A DNA stretch of 64,000 bases from Ginglymostoma cirratum (GCA_024137785.1 JAHRHZ010000022.1:31972511-32036510); one strand, 5' to 3'. Numbered from the stretch's first letter, positions 40,964 through 53,960 are shown. Program-made: numbers and translations. Notes: generated by a model from the sequence alone, not told the origin.

Positions 40964-41688
40964 AGAGATAGTAGGAACTGCAGATGCTGGAGAATCTGAG
41001 ATAACAAGGTGCAGAGCTGGATGAACACAGCAGGCCAAGCAGCATCAGAGGAGCAGGAAAGCTGAAGTTTCGGGCCGAGACCCTCCTTCAGAAATGGGGG
41101 AGGGGAAGGGGGTTCTGAAATAAATAGGGAGAGAGGAGGAGGTGGATAGAAGATAGATAGAGGAGAAGATAGATGGAGAGGAGACAGACCAGTCAAAGTG
41201 GCGGGGATGGAGCCAGTAAAGGTGAGTGTAGATGGGGAGGTAGGGAGGAGATCGGTCAGTCCAGGGAGGACGGACAGGTCAAATGGGCGGGATGAGGTTA
41301 GGAGGTAGGAGATGGGGGTCGGGCTTGACGTGGGAGGAGGGGATGGGTGGGAGGAAGGACAGATTAGGGAGGCAGGGATGAGCTGGGCAGGTTTTGGGAT
41401 GCGGTAGGGGGAGGGAAGATTTTGAAGCTTGTGAAGTCCACATTGATACCATTGGGCGGCAGGGTTCCCAAGCAAAATATGAGTTGCCGTTCCTGCAACC
41501 TTCGGGTAGCATTGTCGTGGCACTGCAGGAGGCCCAGGATGGACATGTTGTCTGTGGAATGGGAGGGGGAGTTGAAATGATTCGCGACTGGGAGGTGCAG
41601 TTGTTTCGTGTGAACCGAGCGGAGGTGTTCCTGCTCCTCTGATGCTGCTTGGCCTGCTGTCTTCATCCAGCTCTGCACCTTGTTATCT
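40964..41688 (-). mobile_element. Relatively young 5'-truncated Penelope-like element with inverted 5' pLTR
   Basis: EHLRSV…PVANHFNSPSH…LIFCLGTLPPNGIN (GIY-YIG C-terminus); pLTR 40964-41095 (-) and inverted pLTR 41628-41688 (+); TSD ctgagtttt at 40951 and 41687. Confidence 0.92.
41064..41091 (-). ncRNA. Hammerhead motif with core substitutions
   Basis: Minus strand CTGAAGG-A-GGGT(ctcg)GCCC-GAAA-CTTC; A9>G and stem III G>T. Confidence 0.55.
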
Positions 41689-41989
41689 GAGTTTTACTAA
41701 TATAAGATTAGTGCCACATGGTTACATTCCACAATCTATCATTATAACAGTGGGGTGCCAATTCGCATCTTGATTGATAGCTTCAAGCGGTTATAAAATT
41801 GGAAATATGAATATAATGGTTGCTTGGTATAAAGGACTATATTGAAATATAAAAGATGCAAATGAAATGTTTGCTTTTATTAGGGATTAGAAATGTTGAA
41901 GGAATTTAAATGTATTGAATGGATTTTCATAAATGAAGGTGTATTTAAAAATAATATCTGCAACAACTCCCTCGAACATTATTTTGTTT

Positions 41990-44650
41990 AATTTAGCATT
42001 GCTCCTAAGGTCTTCACATGGTGAACGCACAAAGTATTGGAATGAAGGATGTCAGGGCAAAAGAGTGAAGGGGTGGCAATGGAATAGTATGAGTTGGTAC
42101 TAAATATGTTATAGGAGCTAGAAGGGCAAGGTGGGTAGAGGTGCATGTATTGGTATATAGGACATAAAGGGCTATTGAGAATGGGTCGAGGTATGTAGGC
42201 TGGCATGGAGCAGGTTGGCAAGAGGATATGAGGATCTATGGAGGTGGGTATAGAGGGAGAAGCTGCCTTGGGGTTATGAGTTGAATTGATGGTGTGCATG
42301 ATATGGCATGAATTGGCAATGGATGGGTAATGGGGAATAGTATAAGAGTGCGGAGTGCAAAAAGCCCTTTTCTTGGTTTTCTTGGTTTTATTTTGCAGCT
42401 GTGATGAAGTCCCAAATGACCAAGGCAGGCCTCACACTTAGCTCATCTCGGTACCTGGCAGCCCCTGGGGCTGCCTCTGCAATGTTCCCAGCAGCAGCGT
42501 CTGTAACACCTATTAACACTCTATGAAATAGGAACCTGACTATCTGCAGTCATTTCATAGCCCATTCGCCAAGTTGGAACATTCTCCAACTCTGCATTGT
42601 TGACGCAGGGCTATGTATCCAGGCCTCCATCTCCAGTGACAATCCATTGCTACTACACTAGTTTGCAGTACTTTAATCACCTTGGATCCTTTTCCAAATT
42701 GAATTGTAGGAGTCTCCAATCTGCTGATTTTTGGCCCTCCACACAACTGATGTTAGGCCTCAATGATATTTAAATGGATTGTCAACTTCAATCCTTAAAG
42801 TCTTTGTTTATAATTTGCACAAAAAATGCTACAAATCCTCAGCGAGTCAGGCAGCGCCTGCTTTCACTGGTGCCAAGCTTGGATGTGGGAAGGGCATTTA
42901 AATAGGATGGGATAGTGTTGTATCTGAATCATGCTGCCTTCCTGCCTCCAAACCAATTCAATTCTGAGCAGCCAGACTCATGAACAGCCTTCCCATCCCA
43001 ACAGGTACTGAGGATCATAAGTACCCATTACAGACCACTTAAGGGCCTCATCCCACCCTCATAAAGATTAACCTAGCTGGACACTAGCCTGTTACCATGT
43101 GGTGACAGGTACCATGACAGGTGAAGCAGTGCAGGCTGTGTATCACCTCAGGTAGACAGAGCCCCTCAAACATAGGCAATCAGTGCCTAATCGAAGAACT
43201 GGACATCAAGAAGGGGTGGACAATAACTTTCCATCGCCCTGCACCCCAACCTCTTCGCATCAACCCCACCTTGCGATAACCCCTCCCCAGATTGCTTACC
43301 TATGCTTGGATCCTCTGCAATCATGGGACTCTGCAGAACCCTTTTGGCAGTGAGAGTGATCTGCTGAGCACAAGAACTTCTTGCGTCTGATTGGTTGGCC
43401 GAGTTGATCACCGTGGTGTTGAGCTTCAGCGTATGGAAATCTGTCTGAGCAGGATCAACAAGTTTAATGTCATCATCTGCAAGGTGATACAGGGCAGCCA
43501 TACATGCAGGGAGAAACAAAGTGAGGGGTTGTTTACTCCAGCTACCATGAGGGCACAGCCATTGCTGTCAGAAATCTGCAGGGCACCTCTGGAGGAGGTG
43601 GAAGAGGAGGAAGCAGAGGGCATGCAACCTAAATCTTTTGGAATCTTCTCAAACTCTGGCACATACACAGGCAATTTCCCTTTACCATCATGAATCCGTA
43701 ATTCCCCAGCATTCCATGAGCAATGACCCATATCATAAAGGCCAGAGTTAAACCTACCCATTAAATTCTTGCTCTAACAGTACTTTCAATTGCACAAGCA
43801 AAACTGAAGCGCTGTTGCATGTGCGTTTCCTTAGTGTCTGGGTTCCAGGTTCCTTTGCATGTCCTGCAGGACAGAGTGACCCCAGTGACCGCAGGTGGGT
43901 GGTAGAAGGCAGCTCAATTTGCCTGGGAGGGATTGGTGAGGCAGTGTGGGGTGGGTGGTAGAATTACATATGGCTTTCAGCAGCCCTGGGCCTTGAGGGT
44001 CCAGTTCTGGGCTGCACCACACAGCAATCAGCCAGAGGCCTTCCAACCTGGAAGCAGAATGCAGTTGATAGCTGAGGTAGAGGTGTTTATTCCCATCTGG
44101 GAAGTTGGCTCTCAGTCAGAATTAAATTGGGGAACCCTAAAAAGGATAGTGGAAATAGTTCTAGCACCTACCCCCACCAATTCCCATAGTTGGTAGGCAC
44201 CCCACTAGCACTGCAATGGGAGCTGAGACATCAATCACTAAGAAACTGCAGCACAACTGAGTCAGTAACTCTGTTACAGTGTCAGTCATCAGTCACTCAG
44301 TGTAAAGAATAGACTCCAACCTCTGCAGGGTGGCCTTTGGAAAATTGGATCTTGGCTTCTCCATATTTTGGAAAGTAAAAGAAATATGACTTGCAAGTCT
44401 ACCAATGCCCCAAATATCTAGGTGTGCTCCTTCATCAGTCCTCTCCTAAGTTTTACCTCACGGTCCTGATTTAATCTCCCATAACAGAATACATCTACAA
44501 ATTCCCCCACCCCCAGTGCTTTGGGACACAAATTATCCTTTCCCCAACCAGGCTGCAGACCACTCATTCCCATTTCTGGAAAACTGCTCAGACTGTGTAG
44601 AGTACACATCCCTTTCAACTTCCCTTCAAATATGCTGACGGCGGGAAACA
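41990..44650. mobile_element. Cluster of decayed Harbinger-like non-autonomous elements
   Basis: Elevated GC; terminal-type motif taaattcttgctc at 43761; composition like the 18727 and 23900 relics. Confidence 0.35.
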
Positions 44651-45060
44651 GCCGGGCGTTCATTTACCTTCAAAATGCCATCAGATCGCTCATTGAGGCA
44701 GTAAATTAACTAACCGATTCCTTGGATCTTATTATCCCAGTCATCCTGATTTTCACAAATGAAAATGATAATTTTAAATTGATGACTGCTTGTTACTGAA
44801 TTCCTCAAATGAGGGAAACCCTTCAATCACGATAAAACTTGCATACTTTTAACCCTTCTGTAAAATTTCCTTCCGGTCCACTCTGATCTACCCGAAAGAG
44901 TCTGAGTATCTTCAGTCTCTCCACAAAGCAAGTTTCCCAACTTGCCCATCTTTTATGTGAATCTCAACAGTTTTTACTTCCTGTGTACAGTAGGGCACCC
45001 AAAACCGTACGCAGAACATTAGTAGCTTGGCCAATATTTTATGGACATTTACTGGTGCTT
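44640..45060 (-). mobile_element. Old CR1 3' fragment
   Basis: tgtgaatctc…tagggcacccaaaaccgtacgcagaac matches antisense CR1 EY.VQFW region. Confidence 0.5.
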
Positions 45061-47059
45061 CATAGCTCATGAAACTTTAGACCGTCCATGTCAAAAAGAC
45101 ACGATAAATCAAAATAACAGTAAAATATTACTTAAATATTTGTTATTGAAATATTAAGTATTTGTGGCTGTAGTTAAATGACACTTTCTTTCAACATATG
45201 AGGCAATATGTTCCATATAGGAGCTGAATTTGTTGAAGACCAAATTTCCTCCAGTTTATTTCATGAAGGTTTGATTCTCTAAGTGCTTAATGTAAAGGCC
45301 ACATTTATTTAAGGATATAGCTCTGTCATTTACACAAATTTAATCTACGGAATAATTGTCCCAAATTGATCAATGCAAATAATGGATTAATTATTGTAAA
45401 TTGGTTAGCATAACAATTCATTAACTTTGAAGTCACTGTAAATGATTCTAACCTTATTATTGCTGTAAATGTCAGAAAATGTTTTACTAAATATTTGAAC
45501 AGTATCTCACTTAAATGTTACTGTCAAAAATATCTCTAATTTCTTAAAAGAACACAATATTCCAGTTTCTGAAGTAGCTTATCCCTATACCTATATCCTG
45601 AATCAGTATTAAAATTAGCAATTTAGAGTTTACTATAATATGTAGGTGACATTTTAAAAGGCAGCATTAATAATTGAAGAATCATAGAACAATGATTAAG
45701 GCCCAGTGTGCTAATATATTATTGGAAAAGTTATGTTGCAGAAGGTGGAAGTACATATTGTACTATTTGTACTGTACTGGACGCCCACAGGTAATTCTGG
45801 AAGGACTGTAAATTGTGTAGCTTTTTAAAAAGTTTGATTCAGTTCTGAAAATATTTTGACAAAGATTTCTGTTGTAGTTTTTCAGTTGCATTCTTAGGCA
45901 GAATGATTAAAGTTTAAAAACAGATTTCGAACATTGTTTGGAACAGATACTAAGACACACTGAAAGAATTGAAATGAATCTGCCGATAGAATGTCAGCAA
46001 GTTCTATTATGGAGTAGAAAATTCCAATTATTTTGATGCAATCATTTGATCTCAGGATCACGAACTGTTTAATGCTGAGATAATTTCAAAGAAAATTTAT
46101 GTTTTGACATGAATTAACCATGGAGTGTGAGAAGAAGATATTGTTGTGTCACATCTCTTGAACATGATTGAGTTACTCATTTGAATTCTGGACGATGGTG
46201 AATTTGAGAAGCATAGATTTTATTTTGGATATTAAGTAGGTAAACTGATAATAGTTGAAGTGCATTCAAGGAGTAGTTGTCTTCCACAGCATGGTACTAT
46301 AATAAGACTAAACCTATTGTGATTACTTTCTTTTCCGTTGTGAAAGTTGTTTCCGCAATAGCAATAATAAACATGAGAATGTGAAAAATGGATGGAATTA
46401 TGGCCATTTACTGAATGTGGCTGATTCTTTCCAAAATTTGTCTGTTTAAAAACCAGAGGATTATTGTTAGTTAATGGGATTCATAAGAGATTGGGCATGG
46501 ATTTCTAAACTTTGGGATTTAAAATTAATCTAGAGTGTTGGCCAGAAGGTAACCCCTGCCTGGTGATGCCAATGGCCAATTATTGTAAACATTTTTAACT
46601 GAGTTCCTGGAGAGCATGGAACCAAAGTGCAAGCTAGCTCCGACTGCATCAACTTGACGTTACAACAATAAACATGGATGGTATGAAAAATGGGAAATGA
46701 AGTACTATTATTAAAGGGTTACTTCCCTGAGTTTGGTTATAAAACATGTTGCCTTGTTCTTTCTCTAATATAAACATGCTCTGGATCTTGATTTTTATTT
46801 TATGTGTAAGGGATGAGGAAGTGCCCTCTATCCAAGAAACACTTACCAATCGCTCTGCGTGGATGTCCATCAGCCCCAGCATCATCTCAGTAAACTTGCC
46901 CTGCACCCACTCCAAACAATTTCTGTTGGCTCATTAGACAGTGAGCCCCAAACTCTGAATTTCAATTCCATACTCGGAGTAGTTGGCAATAGAAAAAACA
47001 TTCAGAATGCACTTCAAATAGATTGATAATCTGCCTGCTGTAGGATAGTCAGCTCACGG

Positions 47060-47160
47060 TACAGCTATTCCGGGAGATTTCTTTGTCCCTCTGTATATGA
47101 TGACATCATAGTTTGACCTTTGACCTGTTATTTCCAAACCCACGCACAATAAGGCCATCC
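47060..47160. promoter_or_regulatory. Candidate enhancer with a perfect nuclear-receptor DR1 element
   Basis: TGACCTTTGACCT 47114-47126 (AGGTCA-A-AGGTCA on minus); CRE-like TGACATCA 47101-47108. Confidence 0.45.
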
Positions 47161-48747
47161 TGTTTCATTCTAGTTTTATTTTAACGACGAAGACAATTAA
47201 GCTGGTTTTCTTCTGGACCAGTTTCATCTAAGAAACAGTCTTTCTTTTACCAAATTACCTCAGCTCAGTTCCCTGAGACTGAGTCAAGTCTCTCATGGAA
47301 AGCTTTCTAAATTTGGGTTTGAGGATTAATCAATGCATTTTATTCTAGCCCAGCAGGAAAAAGCAGTAAGCTGGAAGCAGGGGTACTTTCAGATATTTAC
47401 CCTTTGTTCCTTTAGTAACTTTACCTCTTGTCTGGATGAGCTTGCGTTGGTGCATTCATCTCTATTTCTCTTTGTCACCGTCTCTCTTGCTCTCTTAACT
47501 TGAGGTCGGGTCAATTCCATATCTCCAGGTTTGTTTGACACTTTCTGTCAGGAACGAGAGTGAGGCAGTGGATTAGCTTTGATCAAATTGAATGTTGTAT
47601 TAAGCTGGAAGGGATATATGATTTTCTCTTGTTCTACTATTCAATACACATCTTCTTAAGAAGGAAACTTACCACATGTTCCCAAGGGCAATTAGGGATA
47701 ACACATAAATGCTGGCCTTTCCAGTGATGCCAACATCCTGTCATTGAATGAATTGAGGAAAAAACAACCCGTACTTTAAGCCCTTGACTATATTAGCTAG
47801 TTCCCCTTAAAGGCACAGCTGGAGACCATACAAAAAGAGATAAAAGGCAATGAAAAGCTGGCATATTGTGAACTCAGAAGGCGATGGAGTGCTGCTGGGT
47901 GATGCACCCTCACTACTCAGCAACCCCCACCGTGGAAATACCTCTGAGCAATGGTACCTGGCAAAATTGGTAAGGCTCCAACCAGCAAGCTGCATCACAG
48001 TATTTGATTGATGTGTGATGGTCACCTGCTTTATCTTGTCGCTTGTCAAAGACAAACTGACTTTGTCCAGAAGGCCCCTCTATTCCAGCTTTCCATCTCT
48101 GAGAAAATTATCCACAGATTGAAGTAACCTAGGATTTAGGATGTACGTTTTCTACGAAGCAACATGGAGATTTATGTTTCTATAAAGGCATAAAATTGTT
48201 CTACCATTTCATATTTTGATCTATAAACTTTTCAATTATTTATAGGAAGGTACTTTAACAACATACAGATCAATACTCAATAAGTGCATTCAATATTTTG
48301 GAGAGATTTAACACTGTTTTGTTGATTAATATTTCACGGTAGGATTTAGGATTACAAATTTTGCAAACTTAGTCCATTGTGACTATGAGGTGCAACGAAA
48401 AGTGGAAAGTTAAATGATTGTTTTTTGTTGTAGCGAGGGGAATAGTTACTGTTCTGTGCAACTGAGAGCCTGAGTTCTGAAGGCTGTGTTGCCCAACCAC
48501 TGCCAAAATAAAAGTATCTCCTTAAATCAGCAGAGAAACGTGGATTTTGAGGTAAAGGAGCCAGTTGACATGGTACATGATATAGGGAGTAACTACATCA
48601 TTGAAAAGAGTAACAAAGAGGTTTTGCTGTGGGAGTATGAGCAATGAAGGACTAAATTAAAAACGAGAATCACAAAGGTAATAATCTTTGGATCTTCGAG
48701 CCATGAGTAAATTAACATTGAGTGGATATGATCAGCAAGTTGAATGT

Positions 48748-49029
48748 TTTTTTTCTCATTAAGTATTCAGGGCTGGCTAGGCCAGCATTTATTGCCCATC
48801 TCTAATTGCCCAGTAATAAGTCAACCACATTGCTGTGGGTCTGGAGTCTCAGGTAGGCCAGACCACGTAAGGGTGGCAGTTTCCTCCCCGAAAGGACATT
48901 AGTGAACCAGATGGGTTTTTCTGACAATTGGCAATTAATTCATGGTCATCATTAGGCTCTTAATTCCAGATATTTATTGAATTCAAATTCTACCATCTGC
49001 CATTACCGGAATTTGAATTCAATAAATAT
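48748..49029 (-). mobile_element. tRNA SINE (762 family), 5'-truncated, nested in CR1
   Basis: Antisense of the 850-1080 body and tail. Confidence 0.85.
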
Positions 49030-49518
49030 GTGGCTCAAACAATGCTATAGAAGAAATAGGTTTCAATTCATGGGCACCAGTAGATGTTCGGGAAGGGAAA
49101 GAGTGTCCTGTACAACTGTGACAGTCTTCACCTGAACTGTGACGAACAGGTAGCCTTGAAAACACTATAGTTTGTTGCAAAGAATTCTAAATGAAGTAGT
49201 GGGAGAAAGGATACATGATAGAGGAGATTAGGAAAGTTATAGTGAAAGTATAAGTCAACAGTGCAAGGTAATGATAAAAGCAATGGGAGCAAGAGCTTGA
49301 CAAGATTGGACAAAGTGTACTCACGTAAGGTGCACTAGCAAATAAGGTTTGAGATGAGAAACATGGTAAAGGAACAAAATTAAAGGCTCTTTATCCAAAT
49401 GCAGACATTTATAAGATTGATGAATTGATAACAAAAACAGAAATAAATAAGTATGTCATATTAGGAATTTTGGAGATGTGGTTACAAATTGACCATGACA
49501 GGGACGTGAATAATCAAG

Positions 49519-50084
49519 CAGCATCTGTGGAGGAGAAAACAGCGTTAACGCTTCGGGTCCGGTGNNNNNNNNNNNNNNNNNNNNNNNNNNNNNNNNNNNN
49601 NNNNNNNNNNNNNNNNNNNNNNNNNNNNNNNNNNNNNNNNNNNNNNNNNNNNNNNNNNNNNNNNNNNNNNNNNNNNNNNNNNNNNNNNNNNNNNNNNNNN
49701 NNNNNNNNNNNNNNNNNNNNNNNNNNNNNNNNNNNNNNNNNNNNNNNNNNNNNNNNNNNNNNNNNNNNNNNNNNNNNNNNNNNNNNNNNNNNNNNNNNNN
49801 NNNNNNNNNNNNNNNNNNNNNNNNNNNNNNNNNNNNNNNNNNNNNNNNNNNNNNNNNNNNNNNNNNNNNNNNNNNNNNNNNNNNNNNNNNNNNNNNNNNN
49901 NNNNNNNNNNNNNNNNNNNNNNNNNNNNNNNNNNNNNNNNNNNNNNNNNNNNNNNNNNNNNNNNCACCGGACCCGAAGCGTTAACGCTGTTTTCTCCTCC
50001 ACAGATGCTGCCAGACCTGCTGAGCTTTTCCAGCAACTTTGTTTTTGTTCCTGATTTACAGCACCCGCAGCTCTTTTGGTTTTT
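49519..50084. mobile_element. Fold-back PLE pLTR insertion spanning the assembly gap
   Basis: 49519-49564 is the exact reverse complement of 49965-50010; 15-bp TSD acgtgaataatcaag (49504) / acatgaataatcgag (50085). Confidence 0.85.
49565..49964. other. Assembly gap (400 N)
   Basis: Run of N. Confidence 1.
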
Positions 50085-50899
50085 ACATGAATAATCGAGG
50101 TATTTTGGCATTTCAGAAGAACAGGAAGAAATAGTAAGGATGCGAGGCAGCTCTATTTACAAAGGATAACAAAAGTGCAGTGAGAAACTACTTTAAGGGT
50201 TTGAAGGATCAAACTATAAAAACAGCTTTGGTAAATATGAGAAATAACAAAGGAAAACTGTCACCAATGGAACCAACTTATAGGGCTCTGAAAACAGCTA
50301 CATTGTAGAACAGAATATAAATCAAGAAAAAATGGGGGCTTACAAGGAAAGTTTTAAAATAATTGTGAGAGATTTTATTCTTCATGTAGATGGACAAATT
50401 AAATTGCCAAAAGTAGCCTAGAAGATGAAATCATATTGTATTCTAGACAATTCTTTATTAAGAACAGTACATTCTGTAATGTACCAAGGAGCAGGCTGTT
50501 TTAGATCCGCTAATGTGCAGTGGGACATTATTAACTGATGACCTCATAGTAACACATCTTCGAGACAAGACTGATCTGAATATGACAGAATTTTATTTTC
50601 TTTTTGACTGTGAGAAATCATTGTCTGAAACTGGTGTCTTAAATTTAAATAAAGGTAATTGCAAGTGTGTGAAGATAGAGTTAACTAAAGTAAATTGAGG
50701 AAATAGATTAAAAAATAATATGGTGGAGAACCAGCAACAGATATTAAAGAAACAATTTCATAATGCTGTACCAAGTTATATTGCATGGAGAAAGAAGATT
50801 CTTCGAGAAGGATGTATCAACCTTGTGGCTAACTAAGGAAGTTAAAGATGTCATCAGTTTGGAAGAAAGGCTATATAATCCTGTAAAAAATAGTGATGG

Positions 50900-50992
50900 C
50901 TGAAGAAGGGTCCAGACCCAAAACGTCGGCTTTCCTGCTCCTCTGATGCTGCTTGACTTGCTGAGTTCATCCAACTCCACACCTTGTTATCT
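50900..50992 (+). mobile_element. 93-bp PLE pLTR mini-insertion starting at the hammerhead core
   Basis: CTGAAGAAGGGTCCAGACCCAAAACGTC (G12>A); TSD gtgatgg (50893) / gtgatag (50993); interrupts CR1. Confidence 0.8.
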
Positions 50993-53229
50993 GTGATAGT
51001 TCAGAGACTGGGGAGCTTTTAGAACTGAATAAAGGATTTGTTTCTAAAAATGAGAAATTGGAGCATGAGAAAAAAAAGCAAGCAATATAAAAACAGACAC
51101 CGAAAGCATTGATAAAAAGGAATGAAAAAAGGAATAGAGTAGCTTCGAAAAGCAAGGCAAGGCTCTCAAAAATGTGATATCAGGAAATGGCAGAGATTTT
51201 GAACAAGTATATCTGTTTTTGCAGTACAAGATGCAAAAAACACCCAAGAAAAGCGGAAAAGCGGGGGACTAAAGGGGAAAAGGAATATAACGTGGTCATG
51301 ATTATTGGAGACGATGTACCAGGAGAATGAAGGAACTAAAGGCTGACACATCCCTTGGATCTTAGTGGCCTAAATCCTGAGGGTTTAAAGGAAATGCCCA
51401 CAGAGATAGTGAATACACTGTGACTTTTCAAAATTGCCTGGATTCTGGAAAAATCCTGGCAGATTGGTAAACTGCAAATGTTCGTTAAAACTATTCATGG
51501 AAGGAGGAAAAAAGAAAGTTGTAAACCGTTGGCCAATCAGTCATCATCGGTCATGGAAAAGTATTGGAATCCATTGTTAAGAAGGCAGCAGCAGATATTT
51601 AGAAAATTCTAATGCAATCAGGCAGAATAAACGTGGTTTTGAGAAAAGGAAATTGTGATTAACAATTCTTTTCTCTAGTACTTAGGGAATAAGTAAACAT
51701 GGTAGATAAAGGGGAAACAGTGGATGTAGTGTATCTGGATTTCCAAGAGGTGGGTAGAGAGTAATGGGAGAAAATCTAAGGCTGAATACTTTGACAGGGA
51801 AAGTAAAGAAACTATTCAAATGAAGAGAAATTGCAAAATGGTGCAGTGTAAAGAGATCTGGGTGTTGTACATGAATCGTAAACTTCCCAAATCAGACAAG
51901 CAGTTCAGAGAAGTTGCACTAGGCTGATTCTTGGGATGAGAGGTTTGTCTTCTGTGGAAAGCTTGAGCAAGTTGGACTTCTAGTTATTTAAGCCGAGGAG
52001 AGTAAGAGGTGATTGTATTGAATCATGTAAGATTCTGAGGTGATTAAACAGGATCAATGCTGAATGGATACTTCCTCTTATGAGGGGATCTAAGAGTAGG
52101 GGGCACATTTAAAAATAAAGGCTCTCCCATTTAATATAGCAATGAGGAGGAATTTCTTCACTCAGATGCTGGTTAGGCTTTAGAGTTCTCTTCCACCAAA
52201 ACAAACAGTGGTGGCTGAATCACTGAAATTATTCAAGGCTAAGTTTGATGGGTCTGTGATTGCTGAGGGAATTAAAGGTACAGCAGACCAACAAGAGCTG
52301 AAACACAGGAAAGTTTGAAGCTGCCACTCAGCTACATTACTTGGTCTTGCGACTTCCTGGTATATCCCATACACAGGCAGTGGCTGAGTTGATTTTAGTT
52401 GTGCTAAGTTGGCAGACAAACACCTTGGGCTGGCATGGGACTTCCCACTAGAAATGTTTTCTGAAGTTGAAGAGTACTTTGGTGGAATTGGTCCAGTGGA
52501 TCCAAGACTATCCGTTTGGTGTCTTCAGACTGGGTTATCTCTTCTTCACAATCACGATTGCTGCTCTGAGGAGGGGGAGCTTCTGACCTCAATGCAACCT
52601 CTATGACCCACTGGAGGTCACCGCTCACAATTTGGATATCCTTGGAGTGGACCTACCTGAAGTACCTTGAATATAAGAAGGTGGTTGTGAACCTTTGCAA
52701 TTGGAGTCCATCTATATCCAATATTGAACATATTTATACTCTAAAAGCTGTTTAGAAGGAAAATGGGAAAGCTATGGTCACCAGCAATAGCAATATTAGA
52801 CCTCAGGTGCCTTTTTGAGACTTTTTTGAGTTGAGTCAAATGCAAAGAAACACTATTTAAAGAAGGGACCTTTTTGTATTCTTGGCAATTGAGTCTAAAA
52901 TCAAATAAAGTATGGTAAATATTAAGAATATATACATACTTTAAAAAGGTTAATAAAGGAAATACATACTCTAGATATTATTATTATTGATGTGCTTACT
53001 GCTTCATTAAATTCCCCTTAAGAATTGCATTGAGGATATGGATCATTTGCAATAATAATTATACAGTGATCGATTGATTGTGTCTGACATTGTACTTGTC
53101 ATTTTCAAATGTGAAATCCATCTATTATGGATTGTCTGGAGAGTTTTTTTATGCATCATGCATACCAGGAACTCCGTAAGTGATTATTATTTACACGGTA
53201 AGCATTTTATAAGCAGATTTTTACTGACA

Positions 53230-53960
53230 TGATGCTCACTTAACCCTTCCCTCTCCAAGGTTTGTGCCATTGTCCATTTGCTTTAAAGCTGTTTTAAACC
53301 AGAGGCTATTAATTAGTGTAATAGGGTCCTTGTAAACAATTGCGCTATTTTCAACTTTCCTTTACTCTCCAAAGACCTTGAGTGTGCTGTTGCTTGCTAA
53401 ATCTTTACCCATCCTTCAAAGAACTGTGTGTTTGACTCCCTTCAATCAGGCTTACACACCTGTCACAGTTTTGAAACGAATGTCGTCAAAGTCACAAATA
53501 ACATCCTATGTGACTGAACAAGGTAAACTATCTCTCGTCTTCGTACTTGACCTTTCTTCAGCTTTTGAAATAGTTACCATGCTACTGTCCTCATACATCT
53601 TTCCTTTGTTTCCATTTAGATGGACTACATGTGTCTTCTTTCATGCTCTTCTATCCACTCATAGCCAGAGAAACACCTGCAAAAGCTTCTCTTTTGGTCT
53701 TGCACCATTATCTTTGGTGTCCAGTTCCATCTGTCATCTGCCCCTCAAAGACATCACAGGAAAACACAATTTCTACATGTATGCTGATGATACCCAACTC
53801 TACATCACCACCAATTCCTTCAACCTCTCTAATACATCTTCTACCACATCCAAAACTGGATTAATATTAATATTCTTCAATTAAATATTGGGAAGATGGA
53901 AGCCATTGTCTTTAGTCCATGTGACAAATTCTATTCCGAGCTCACAACTCTCTCCCTTTC
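53230..53960 (+). mobile_element. L2 LINE RT fragment
   Basis: LVFVLDLSSAFE and FYMYADDTQLY motifs. Confidence 0.85.

Larger units (their letters stand above)
48440..52330 (+). mobile_element. Long decayed CR1 LINE (ORF1 esterase relic, endonuclease, RT, 3' end) with three nested insertions
   Basis: MVHDIGSN (ORF1 VHIGTND-like), ILEMWLQ (endonuclease), VDVVYLDFQ at ~51720, 3' motifs to ~52300. Confidence 0.8.

Noticed and set aside
40792-41523. 243-aa Pro/Ser-rich ORF, the longest in the window
   Set aside because: Off-frame reading through the pyrimidine-rich 3' UTR and pLTR of the Penelope element
49425-50111. Long ORFs of 140-209 aa in the ORF track
   Set aside because: Artefacts of translating through the N gap
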